The notes: generated from the letters alone by a model not told the origin. A stretch of 64,000 nt of DNA from Candidatus Palauibacter sp. (GCF_965213655.1 NZ_CBDBZT010000002.1:90624-154623), one strand, 5' to 3'. Positions 34,741 to 44,398 are shown, counted from the stretch's first letter. Made by a program: numbers and translations.

Positions 34741-35919
34741 ATGGCGAGGAAGAAGGATGCGACGGAGCGGGAGGTAGACGAGCTTCTCGACAGCCTGCTG
34801 GAGGGCCGCAGCCCGGAAGAGATCATGGGCGGAGGCGGTCTTCTGGAGGCGCTGACGAAGCGGGTGGTGGAGCGGGCGCTGGAGGGAGAGCTCACCGACC
34901 ACCTGGGCTACGAGAAGCACGCGAGAGAGGGCCGCAACGGCGGCAACTCGCGCAACGGCCGTACGCGGAAGCGAGTGAAGACGGACACGTCGGAGTTCGA
35001 GATCGAGGTGCCTCGGGACCGTGATTCGACGTTCGACCCGAAGTTCGTCAGGAAGGGCCAGCGTCGGCTGGGCGGGTTCGACGAGAAGGTGATCGCGCTG
35101 TACGCGCGGGGCATGACGACGCGGGAGATCCAGGGTCACCTGAAGGAGCTGTACAAGGTGGAGGTCTCACCGTCGCTGATCTCGGCGGTGACCGACGCGG
35201 TCCTGGAGGACGTGAAGGCGTGGCAGGGCCGGCCGTTGGATACGGTGTACCCGATCGTGTATCTGGACGCGATCCACGTGAAGGTGCGTTCCCGGGGCCA
35301 CGTCCGGACGCACGCGGTCTACCTTGCCCTGGCCCTGACGCTCGAGGGCAACAAGGAGCTGTTGGGGCTGTGGGTGGGCGAAGCGGAGGGGGCGAAGTTC
35401 TGGCTCTCGGTCCTCACCGAACTCAAGAACCGGGGGGTCGAGGACATCCTGATCGCAGCGATCGACGGCCTCAAGGGCTTTCCCGAGGCGATCGAGTCGG
35501 TGTTCCCGAAGACGCAGGTCCAGCTCTGCATCGTGCATCTGGTGCGCGGCTCGCTCCGGTTCGTCGCCTGGAAGGAGCGCAAGGCGGTCGCCAGGGACTT
35601 GCGGGCCATCTACAGGGCTCCGAGCCTGGAGGCGGCCGAGACGGCGCTGGAGGCCTTTTCTCAGCGCTGGGACGAGCGCTTCCCCATGATCAGCCGGAAG
35701 TGGCGGGCGAACTGGGCGAACCTGACCCCGTTCTTCGATTATCCGCCCGAGATCCGCAAGGTCATGTACACGACGAACGCGATCGAGGCCCTGAACGCGC
35801 AGCTCACGAAGGTGACGAGGAAGCGCGGCGCGTTCCCAACCCCGGAGGCGGTCAGGAAAGTGCTGTACCTTGCGATCGAGAGGGCGTCACAGCGCTGGAC
35901 CCGGCCGGGAGTGTGCTGA
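34741..35919 (+). pseudogene. IS256-family (mutator-type) transposase, last ~21 codons replaced by the insertion of copy B
   Basis: Identical to 35968-37200 up to ...RASQRWTRP, then diverges (GVC*). Confidence 0.88.
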
Positions 35920-37237
35920 TTTCTGTGTAAATGGCCATGGAGTAGACTCTGGAAGCGGGAGGAGACCATGGCGAGGAAGAAGGATGCGACGGAGCGGGAG
36001 GTAGACGAGCTTCTCGACAGCCTGCTGGAGGGCCGCAGCCCGGAAGAGATCATGGGCGGAGGCGGTCTTCTGGAGGCGCTGACGAAGCGGGTGGTGGAGC
36101 GGGCGCTGGAGGGAGAGCTCACCGACCACCTGGGCTACGAGAAGCACGCGAGAGAGGGCCGCAACGGCGGCAACTCGCGCAACGGCCGTACGCGGAAGCG
36201 AGTGAAGACGGACACGTCGGAGTTCGAGATCGAGGTGCCTCGGGACCGTGATTCGACGTTCGACCCGAAGTTCGTCAGGAAGGGCCAGCGTCGGCTGGGC
36301 GGGTTCGACGAGAAGGTGATCGCGCTGTACGCGCGGGGCATGACGACGCGGGAGATCCAGGGTCACCTGAAGGAGCTGTACAAGGTGGAGGTCTCACCGT
36401 CGCTGATCTCGGCGGTGACCGACGCGGTCCTGGAGGACGTGAAGGCGTGGCAGGGCCGGCCGTTGGATACGGTGTACCCGATCGTGTATCTGGACGCGAT
36501 CCACGTGAAGGTGCGTTCCCGGGGCCACGTCCGGACGCACGCGGTCTACCTTGCCCTGGCCCTGACGCTCGAGGGCAACAAGGAGCTGTTGGGGCTGTGG
36601 GTGGGCGAAGCGGAGGGGGCGAAGTTCTGGCTCTCGGTCCTCACCGAACTCAAGAACCGGGGGGTCGAGGACATCCTGATCGCAGCGATCGACGGCCTCA
36701 AGGGCTTTCCCGAGGCGATCGAGTCGGTGTTCCCGAAGACGCAGGTCCAGCTCTGCATCGTGCATCTGGTGCGCGGCTCGCTCCGGTTCGTCGCCTGGAA
36801 GGAGCGCAAGGCGGTCGCCAGGGACTTGCGGGCCATCTACAGGGCTCCGAGCCTGGAGGCGGCCGAGACGGCGCTGGAGGCCTTTTCTCAGCGCTGGGAC
36901 GAGCGCTTCCCCATGATCAGCCGGAAGTGGCGGGCGAACTGGGCGAACCTGACCCCGTTCTTCGATTATCCGCCCGAGATCCGCAAGGTCATGTACACGA
37001 CGAACGCGATCGAGGCCCTGAACGCGCAGCTCACGAAGGTGACGAGGAAGCGCGGCGCGTTCCCAACCCCGGAGGCGGTCAGGAAAGTGCTGTACCTTGC
37101 GATCGAGAGGGCGTCACAGCGCTGGACCCGGCCCGTTCAGGACTGGACCGGCGCCCTGAACCACCTGTCGATCGTGTTCGAGGGCCGAGTGCCCGTATGA
37201 GTGCGAGGGCCATTTACACAGAAAATCTGACAGTCCC
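35907..37237 (+). mobile_element. IS256-family element copy B (1331 bp), inserted in copy A with a 9-bp target duplication GACCCGGCC
   Basis: TSD at 35898-35906 and 37238-37246, with the same inverted repeats as copy A. Confidence 0.9.
35968..37200 (+). CDS. IS256-family (mutator-type) transposase, intact
   Basis: 410 aa: ...YPIVYLDAIHVKVR...ILIAAIDGLKGFPEAIESVFPKTQVQLCIVHLVR...MYTTNAIEALNAQLTKVTRKRGAFP. Confidence 0.92.
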   Translation: MARKKDATEREVDELLDSLLEGRSPEEIMGGGGLLEALTKRVVERALEGELTDHLGYEKHAREGRNGGNSRNGRTRKRVKTDTSEFEIEVPRDRDSTFDPKFVRKGQRRLGGFDEKVIALYARGMTTREIQGHLKELYKVEVSPSLISAVTDAVLEDVKAWQGRPLDTVYPIVYLDAIHVKVRSRGHVRTHAVYLALALTLEGNKELLGLWVGEAEGAKFWLSVLTELKNRGVEDILIAAIDGLKGFPEAIESVFPKTQVQLCIVHLVRGSLRFVAWKERKAVARDLRAIYRAPSLEAAETALEAFSQRWDERFPMISRKWRANWANLTPFFDYPPEIRKVMYTTNAIEALNAQLTKVTRKRGAFPTPEAVRKVLYLAIERASQRWTRPVQDWTGALNHLSIVFEGRVPV

Positions 37238-37350
37238 GACCCGGCCCGTTCAGGACTGGACCGGCGCCCTGAACCACCTGTCGATCGTGTTCGAGGGCCG
37301 AGTGCCCGTATGAGTGCGAGGGCCATTTACACAGAAAATCTGACAGTCCC

Positions 37351-37890
37351 CTGGCCGGACACTTGATCGGGGAGACGTGTCTCAAGCACGGTGTGCGGCC
37401 CCGGGTGCTCACGCTGCATTCGGACCGGGGATCTCCCATGACGGCCAAGTGCACGGCGCAGCTCCTGGCCGACCTGGGCGTCACCCAGTCGCTGAGTCGT
37501 CCCCGGGTCTCGAACGACAATCCCTACTCGGAAGCGCAGTTCAAGACCGTAAAGTACCACCCGGGCTTCCCGGGCCGGTTCGCCGACATCGAGGAGGCGA
37601 AGGACTTTTGCCGCACCTTCTTCCAATGGTACAACACCGAACACCGCCACGGCGGCATCGGCCTGCTCACGCCCCGGCAAGTCCACCTCGGCCGCGCCCC
37701 CGAGGTGATCGCGCACCGGCAGAACGTGCTGGCCGCGGCCTACGCCGCCCGCCCCGACCGCTTCGTGGGAGGCCCGCCGAGGGCCGCCGAACTCCCGGAC
37801 GAAGTCTGGATCAACCGCGCACTCCCCATCACGTCGGCCAACGCCGCAGGACCGGCCGCCGGCGGGGAAATGGAGGGCTCACTAAACTGA
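37351..37890 (+). pseudogene. IS3-family transposase OrfB, 3' part
   Basis: LIGETCLKHGVRPRVLTLHSDRGSPMTA...SNDNPYSEAQFKTVKYHPGFP...WYNTEHRHGGIGLLTP (DDE core, third acidic-residue region). Confidence 0.85.
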
Positions 37891-37906
37891 ATCGGCAAGT
37901 GTCTCA

Positions 37907-39341
37907 CAATCGTTGGCAGGTTCCGGCCTTCAAGCCCCTCGTCAACCGCGATTTTCTCCCAGGGAGCCTTGTTCAACCGACCATCAATCCGTCCGCGCTC
38001 CTCTGCCCACAGCACCAGCACTGGCACGAACGGATCAACCATGTGCGCCAAGCCATTCAACGTTGCTGCGGGCAGCGAGACCTCCAGCGAGATTGCCAAC
38101 CACAGCGCCCAGGAAACTTCGCTGCCGTGACCTAAACGAGCGTGAATCCTGATGAGGTAAGAGCACAGTTCTCGCACGCCCGGCTCATCAATCGTCAAGC
38201 CGCCGCCGCGAGCTCGTGCCAACTCGGTCGTTACGTATCGTAGCGTTCCGGGTTCGGACGCGGCACACTGCAAGAGAATGTCCTGGTAGACCGGCCACGA
38301 GTCCTCCTGGATATCCACACCGTGGACGATGGAGATCGCGTAACGCAAGACGCTCTTGTCTGGGTGCTGGTGCACGAGTTCAAACGCTCGGCTAAACAAC
38401 GCGAGCAGGTCATCTGCTCCAACGCTCCTGAGCGTATTCGTCCACGCGTCTTGAAGCACATCGGGAAGCTTGACGACGCGCGTCTTTCGCTCGTTCAACT
38501 GAAGTTCATACTTGAGTAGAGTGGATTGAAGCTCGGCCAAGGCCTTCTCGGCAGCAGAGCGAGACACAAAAGCAAGCTCGTAGTCATCTACGGCCCGGAA
38601 GCCCTGCAGTGGTTCTCCCATGGCTTGTTGGAAACGGACGTCCACTGCACTCAAGACAACTTCGGCCAAGACATGCGACGTTGCCGGGCCGATCGGGATG
38701 CCCACGGATTGCCCGTCCTGCATTCGCCTGGAGAGAAAATCTAGTCTATCACCAACGAGATCCTCTCGCGTCCTACGCGGCTTCCGCAAATTAGTCTTCA
38801 CCTTGGCTCTGCCTTCGATAGCCCACGCGATTGAGTGCGTGTAGATCGATGGATAGCAGCGCTGAACATCCGCGTACAACAAATACGCTGCGTTCCGGCG
38901 GTGGTGAGCCCTCAGCTTCGGGTAGTCAGACAGTTTGTACTCACGAGCTATTGCCGGATCCGCGTCCCCGTCTTCGCGTAGCGTTGGTCGCGATACCGAG
39001 AGCTGGCTCCGCTTCATGAGGTTTGTCAGGCCCTCCCAGTTGAGCGCGACCTCGCGGCATAGTGCGAAGTATATCGCTGGGTGGGGTACGGCCAGCGGAC
39101 GCCGCAGCCGACCAACTCCCGCGAGGTTGTGACGTGCAAGGGGACGCCGGAGTGTATTGTGTCTTGTCATCTCGCTCGGGAGGTCTGCGTCAATCGGTGT
39201 ATCGCCGAAGGAGTTGATCACGAAACACTGCGGGACCTCCCGAGGAAAGAAACCATGGGTTAGCAGATGCCTTAGAACCCGTGCCGGTGTGTCTCCCTCA
39301 TCGACACCTGTGGTTGATTGAACTGCTGTCGGCTTATCCAT
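37907..39341 (-). CDS. UG/Abi-type (defence-associated) reverse transcriptase, 3' end truncated by the IS at 37906
   Basis: ATG at 39341 (MDKPTAVQS). RT motifs are LLYADVQRCYPSIYTHSIAWA, GQSVGIPIGPATSHVLAEVVL, GFRAVDDYELAF and LQLNERKTRVVKLP, followed by a helical-repeat-like C-terminal region. The ORF runs 55 further codons into IS sequence. By eye its GC content is lower than that of the neighbours. Confidence 0.8.
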
Positions 39342-39734
39342 AGGCGTGGAGAATAGGCAAGGCGCGGGGTTGGAATCTGGAAGTCTCGTGACGGTCGTTG
39401 GCCAGCAAGTTGACGCGGAGATGGTAGCGGGCTCGACGGGCGGCCTCAAGGGTTGGGCCGGAGCCCCGTTGTGAGGAGGACCGGGAGCTCTCGGGGAAGG
39501 GGCTGTCAATGGGGCATCGCAAGGTGTCACACGTCGGGTGAAGACGAGCAGGAAGGGTCACAGCGGTCACGACCTCGTCACCGAGACGGCCATGTTGGCC
39601 GTGAGCGCGGGATGGCCGGCGGCCGGTAGGACGTCGCGGCCCGAAATGCTACGGCGGCCATTTCCGCTTGAAGGGTCCGCGGGCCGCTCTCGGCCGTACG
39701 TGGGGCCGCACTTCGTCTCACCCTCCGCCGTCGC

Positions 39735-39824
39735 TGGGCCCAGGGAAGTTGGTTTAGCGCCGTCCCCTGCCGGGGCTGCTGCTTCGCCGAGGTCGCTCCC
39801 CGAGGAGCGCTCGGTGGCACCACC
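39735..39824 (-). repeat. tRNA-3'-end-like structured repeat, copy C (diverged)
   Basis: The minus strand reads ...CACCGAGCGCTCCTCGGGGAGCGACCTCGGCGAAGCAGCAGCCCCGGCAGGGGACGGCGCTAAACCAACTTCCCTGGGCCCA. Confidence 0.75.
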
Positions 39825-39899
39825 TGGCGGCGGATCGTCCATGAGGTCGCTCAACAACGGGTCCGAGGGAAAAGATCAAGGCTTCGCGGCCGGGGAGCA

Positions 39900-39993
39900 T
39901 GGGCCCGGGTAGAGTTGGTGAAGCACCGTCCCTTCCAGGGCCGCTGCTTCACCGAGCTCGCGCCCAGCGGGGCGCTCGGTTGAACCACCGAGG
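39900..39993 (-). repeat. tRNA-3'-end-like structured repeat, copy A
   Basis: The minus strand reads CCTCGGTGGTTCAACCGAGCGCCCCGCTGGGCGCGAGCTCGGTGAAGCAGCGGCCCTGGAAGGGACGGTGCTTCACCAACTCTACCCGGGCCCA. The last 13 nt are identical to the 3' end of tRNA-Ile. Confidence 0.85.
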
Positions 39994-40064
39994 CGACTTG
40001 GCCGTCCGTGAGGTCGGTCGAGTTAGGGGCTGGGGCGAAGGGTTGGATCCCGTGAAAGGAGGTA

Positions 40065-40139
<75 letters not shown>

Positions 40140-40423
40140 CGAAGAAGACCGGCGCGCGACCGTTCCGTGCTGAGGGAGGGTCGGGCGCCGGGCGGGGTCC
40201 ATCCTAAGGATACGGCGCGGCGCGTTCAAGTTTCCTAGGCGCCGGGGATTCTGCTCTTGGGCTCGTCATCTCCCATCGGGTGTCATTCTCGATCGCAATC
40301 GACAGTTGCCACCCGCAGGTCGACCATGACGACCCTAACCATCGGAGGGCCCGTTCCCGGCCGTGGGGGTGCTACACATTGGGCCAGAGAGAGAGCCGGT
40401 CGAGGCTTGATGACCGGGGAGCG

Positions 40424-40567
<144 letters not shown>

Positions 40568-40616
40568 AACTGAAGTTACGAGATTTCGAGGTGAAGTTCC
40601 AGCTAATTGACTCCCG

Positions 40617-40715
40617 CTAATTGAGCTGGGAACGAACTCTCCGCCGATGCCCAAGGGCCTTCCTGAGCTGGTCCTCGTCGGCCCTCTGGTAGCGCAGACT
40701 GCCAAAGCCTCGAAT
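40617..40715 (-). pseudogene. Remnant of the last ~30 codons of a tyrosine integrase (paralogous to 5529-6692)
   Basis: My translation ...IRGFGSLRYQRADEDQLRKALGHRRRVRSQLN* aligns with TVLNCYQRPDEGQLRKALEARRGAHD* of the intact integrase. Confidence 0.55.
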
Positions 40716-40901
40716 CACGGCAAGGAATCACGTAAGTCAAACTGGGACTGCACGATCTGCCATTCTTGCCGTTGCGAGATATCGAATTCCATCGAGTCGC
40801 GATGGCGGGGAATCCCTAATCGAATGGCGGGAATCCCCAAGCATCGTCCGATACCGTTTGGGGCACCAGAGAAGGCCAATCGACGTAAGCTGTTCCAGCG
40901 T

Positions 40902-41459
40902 TCACGACCCCTTCACGCTTCTTCGGCTGATCTTCAGGAAATCGTCGATGAGCGCCATCAATTCGTGGATGGTCGCCGATCCGCCGCCGATCAGCCCCGC
41001 TGTCAACACGACATCCGTGAACTGGAACACAGCTTGCTGGAGCGGCGGAGTGCCTCCGCCGAGCTCGAAGATCGTGCCGAGAAGCCGGACTCCAGACAGA
41101 GATACCATGAATCCGAACGTCAAACCGAGGAGGAGTGCGCGCTTCTGGGTGCCTGCCCTGTATTCCTGCAACTTGCTGTCGGCCGCCGCCCTACCTTCTT
41201 CCGCCGCTTGCACTTTCTCCTCCTCGAGGCGGGATTTCCCGCCTTGCCGCCATGCCTTGATGAGAACCTCAAGTGAGCGCTCCACAAACAGGGCGATGAT
41301 GTAGAGGATTCCCAGCTGGCCGAACGCCCTTAGGAACGGGTTTCCGTCTACCGCTACGTTGACCGGCGTCAGGGAATCACCCGCCAGAAAGATGACGACC
41401 GCCAGCACCACGGCGAGCAGGATCATCCAGGTCGGTCCGATGTTGATTTCTTGTTCCAT
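40902..41459 (-). CDS. Hypothetical integral membrane protein (185 aa, ~4 TM segments plus a central charged helix)
   Basis: Start MEQEINIGPTWMILLAVVLAVVIFLAG (ATG 41459). By eye its GC content is lower than that of the neighbours. Confidence 0.6.
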   Translation of the reverse strand: MEQEINIGPTWMILLAVVLAVVIFLAGDSLTPVNVAVDGNPFLRAFGQLGILYIIALFVERSLEVLIKAWRQGGKSRLEEEKVQAAEEGRAAADSKLQEYRAGTQKRALLLGLTFGFMVSLSGVRLLGTIFELGGGTPPLQQAVFQFTDVVLTAGLIGGGSATIHELMALIDDFLKISRRSVKGS

Positions 41460-41792
41460 ACTGTGCCTCTGGATTCTCCGGCGGTCTTCCGACAGCCGCG
41501 TCGGACCATGATTGCCGGGCCGCAGAACTCCAAACGTAGCAGCTTGGGACGTCCCGTGGCGCGCCATGGGTGCCTCTTGATCTTCCAGAGAGCGCACCTC
41601 TCGGTAGGCTTGCTGGCTGAAGAAGGCCGATCGGCGTGGCCAACCCCAGACCCGCATCCTCGACCGTTGGCCCGGAGTCCGTGTCATTCGCGCACCGGGG
41701 GACTACCTTTGGTCCGGCTCGCGGCGTGCCGAAGTGCGCCGCGATCACTGGACGGTCCGGAAACATCTTCACACGAATCGAAGGAACCGCTG

Positions 41793-42389
41793 GTGCCACC
41801 CAAGATCCAACTCCGCGAAGGCCAGATACTGACCGGACCCTCGTTCAGCGAACCGATGCTGGTAGAGCTGGAGCGCCAGCGGGCGGTCACCCTGCAAGGG
41901 GTGGAGCGACTCGCGAGCGCGCTGGTGCTGCCGCCCCCCGAGAGCGATGTGCTCGATCTCCGCCGGATACGCCCGCACCCCGAGACCGAAATGACGGCCA
42001 TGCGGGTGGCGATGGAGCACGAGGAAGCGAAGGGACGGAAGGTCTACGATGTCCACAAGGAGAATCTGGGCTACGATGTGACCAGCCTCGATCTCCAGAC
42101 CGGCGAGTTGCGGCTGATCGAGATGAAGGGGCTCGCCGCGCCTGGGGGGAGCATCCTGCTTACGCCGAACGAGCGGCGCGTGGCCGAGGACCGCCGCGAC
42201 TGCTACTGGCTGTATGTGGTGACGAACTGTGCGAGCGCCCCGGAGTTGCAGGAGCCGATCCGGGATCCCGCCCGCTTCCCGTGGCACGAGGTGAAGAAGG
42301 TTCAGCACTACTGGATGGACGTGACGGCAATGACCGGGCCGATGCCTGCGGCAGGCGGCGATGACCCGGACGGCGGCTCGCCGGCATGA
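41793..42389 (+). CDS. DUF3883-domain (restriction-endonuclease-like fold) protein, short form; possibly an internally deleted helicase-DUF3883 gene
   Basis: GTG at 41793. C-terminal EMTAMRVAMEHEEAKGRKVYDVHKENLGYDVTSLDLQTGELRLIEMKGL...ILLTPNERRVAEDRRDCYWLYVVTNC matches DUF3883. Confidence 0.6.
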   Translation: MPPKIQLREGQILTGPSFSEPMLVELERQRAVTLQGVERLASALVLPPPESDVLDLRRIRPHPETEMTAMRVAMEHEEAKGRKVYDVHKENLGYDVTSLDLQTGELRLIEMKGLAAPGGSILLTPNERRVAEDRRDCYWLYVVTNCASAPELQEPIRDPARFPWHEVKKVQHYWMDVTAMTGPMPAAGGDDPDGGSPA

Positions 42390-43555
42390 AGAAGCCCGTG
42401 CCATCCACCGGGGAGGCTGCCAGGTACGAGGCGATCTTTGGCGAGGTCTCCGAGATCGTTGAGGCCGCCCGGCGGTCGGCGGCCCGTTCCGTGAACGCGG
42501 CGATGACCGCCGCGTACTGGCTGATCGGACGGCAGATCGCCGAACTCGAACAGGAGGGGAGGAGCCGGGCGGAGTACGGCAAGGAGACCGTCGAGCGGCT
42601 CGCGGCCGACCTCTCGGCGCGGTACGGCAGGGGCTTCTCGGTCCGTAACGTCTGGCTCATGCGCGCGTTCTACCTCGCTTGGCCAATTGTGCAGACACCG
42701 TCTGCAGAATCTCTGCTGGATGCCATCCGGTCACGTTTTCCGCTCCCGTGGTCCGCCTATGTTCGGCTGCTCTCGGTCCAGAACGAGCGCGCCCGAACCT
42801 TCTATGAGGCTGAAGCGCTTTGCGGAGGCTGGACCGTCCGCCAGCTGAACCGCCAGATCAACAGCCAGTTCTACGAGCGGACCGCGCTTTCGAGGAACAA
42901 GGCCGCACTGCTCGCCGAGGGCGGCGAGGCGCGTCCCGGGGACGGTATTCTGCCGGAGGAAGAGATCAAGGACCCGTTCGTTCTCGAATTCCTCGATCTG
43001 AAGGACGAGTACTCCGAGACCGATCTTGAGGAGGCACTGATCCGCCACCTTGAAGCCTTCCTCCTGGAGCTGGGCGGGGACTTCTGCTTCATCGCGCGGC
43101 AACGGCGGCTGCGCATCGGCGACGAGTGGTATCGCGTCGATCTGCTGTTCTTTCACCGCCGCCTGCGGTGCCTCGTGGTCATCGACCTGAAGATCGGCAA
43201 GTTCACCCATGCGGATGCCGGGCAGATGCACCTCTACCTGAACTACGCCCGGGAGCACTGGGTCCGCCGGGAAGAGAACCCCCCGGTCGGACTGATCCTC
43301 TGCGCTCAAAAGGATGCAGCCGTTGCGCGGTATGCGCTGGATGGCCTACCCAACAAGGTCATGGCAGCCGAGTACCGGACCACGTTGCCGGACGAGGAAC
43401 TCCTCGCTTCGGAGATCGAACGCACGCGGACGATGCTCGTCGCGGGTGCGCCATCCGACGCTCCAGATGGCCGATCCTCCGCAGCCGAAGGATCGGCAAG
43501 CTCCAGGGCGCTTCGACCAATGCGGTCCGAAACGACGAGTAAGCCCCCCCAATAG
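42386..43555 (+). CDS. DUF1016/YhcG-family PDDEXK nuclease-fold protein
   Basis: 389 aa: AAYWLIGRQIAELEQEG..RAEYGKETVERLAADLSARYGRGFSVRNVWLMRAFY ... FIARQRRLRIGDEWYRVDLLFFHRRLRCLVVIDLKIGKFTHADAGQMHLYLNY. ATGA overlap with the previous gene. Confidence 0.85.
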   Translation: MKKPVPSTGEAARYEAIFGEVSEIVEAARRSAARSVNAAMTAAYWLIGRQIAELEQEGRSRAEYGKETVERLAADLSARYGRGFSVRNVWLMRAFYLAWPIVQTPSAESLLDAIRSRFPLPWSAYVRLLSVQNERARTFYEAEALCGGWTVRQLNRQINSQFYERTALSRNKAALLAEGGEARPGDGILPEEEIKDPFVLEFLDLKDEYSETDLEEALIRHLEAFLLELGGDFCFIARQRRLRIGDEWYRVDLLFFHRRLRCLVVIDLKIGKFTHADAGQMHLYLNYAREHWVRREENPPVGLILCAQKDAAVARYALDGLPNKVMAAEYRTTLPDEELLASEIERTRTMLVAGAPSDAPDGRSSAAEGSASSRALRPMRSETTSKPPQ

Positions 43556-43622
43556 GACCCCCCTAAACAGAACCCAATAAGACCCGGGGTCTCATCAGGG
43601 GTCTCATTCGTCCTCGACGGAC

Positions 43623-44156
43623 TCAGGCGCACGTCTCCACCGATCCGTTCGACCGTGACCCGCGGACACTGCCAGCCTGCGGGTCTTCAAACGCTGCCAA
43701 GGCCCTCTTCACCTGACGTTCGCTGGCGCTCAGGGCTAACTGGGCACGGGTCTTACGCAGCGCCAAGCCGTCGTCCGCTTGATCCACCAAGGCAAGCATC
43801 GCCCCTTGCCGTTCGATCAGAGCGCGCCGCAACGGCACGGCCTGCCCAAGCCGGAAGCACACGGTCACACAGTCGTCGCGTTCCTCGATCTCCGACCGTG
43901 GCAATCCGGCGGATGTCGCCAGCTCTGCCATCTTGAGCGTTCCTCGGCCCCACTCCTCAATGATGCCGCACCGATAGAACGTGCGCGCAATCAGCGGGTT
44001 CCACGGTCTCGACTCGTGCGGCCCGAACAGCGCGGCCGGAGTTAGGCCGAAATGCAACGGCCCGGTCGAGGTGACCTCGAGGCGGTCGTCGTACGCCGCG
44101 GGCCCAACCGAACCGCCGCCGAGCGCATTATCCCGGTGGCACAGGGCGTTCGCCAC
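43623..44156 (-). pseudogene. C-terminal fragment of an AlbA_2/HATPase_c_4 (Schlafen-related, RecG-like annotation) transcriptional-regulator-type protein
   Basis: NALCHRDNALGGGSVGPAAYDDRLEVTSTGPLHFGLTPAALFGPHESRPWNPLIARTFYRCGIIEEWGRGTLKM plus a wHTH tail. The N-terminal AlbA_2 part is missing. Confidence 0.6.
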
Positions 44157-44398
44157 TCGGGCACATCGGAGTGACCCGGTCCCGGCTCCCGTGACCGCCA
44201 GCGGCTATCCTTCTTGGTCCGGCGGACGGGAGCACCATCGCCTCCTGTTCCGTCAATTCGACGGCCTGCCCGAACGATCTTCAACCGCTATTCTTATGAT
44301 TCCCCGCCTGATGCGGACTCTCGCGAAGATTCGGGCCGATGTCCTGGCCGTGGAGAGGGGAGTACGGGCTGCGGGGCAAGATCTAGAGGAGGCAAGCT

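Larger units (their letters stand above)
34680..37350 (+). mobile_element. IS256-family element copy A (1331 bp when copy B is removed), itself interrupted by copy B
   Basis: Left end is GGGAGTGTGCTGATTTCTGTGTAAATGGCC. Right end is GGCCATTTACACAGAAAATCTGACAGTCCC. Confidence 0.88.
33597..37906 (+). mobile_element. Second IS3-family element (ends TGAGGCATTCGCTA... / ...CGGCAAGTGTCTCA) with orfB disrupted by nested IS256 copies
   Basis: orfA and split orfB, with terminal TG...CA inverted repeats. No target-site duplication (flanks cgg / caa). Confidence 0.8.

Noticed and set aside
33397-35139. 580-aa minus-strand ORF across the IS3-type orfA/orfB and the IS256 start
   Set aside because: It is antisense to recognisable transposase genes and crosses two IS boundaries. 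The composition is low-complexity.
37125-37350. Perfect 113-bp tandem direct repeat, initially considered a satellite or CRISPR-like feature
   Set aside because: It is fully explained by IS256 copy B inserting near the 3' end of copy A. Each unit is the 9-bp TSD plus the IS256 3' terminus.
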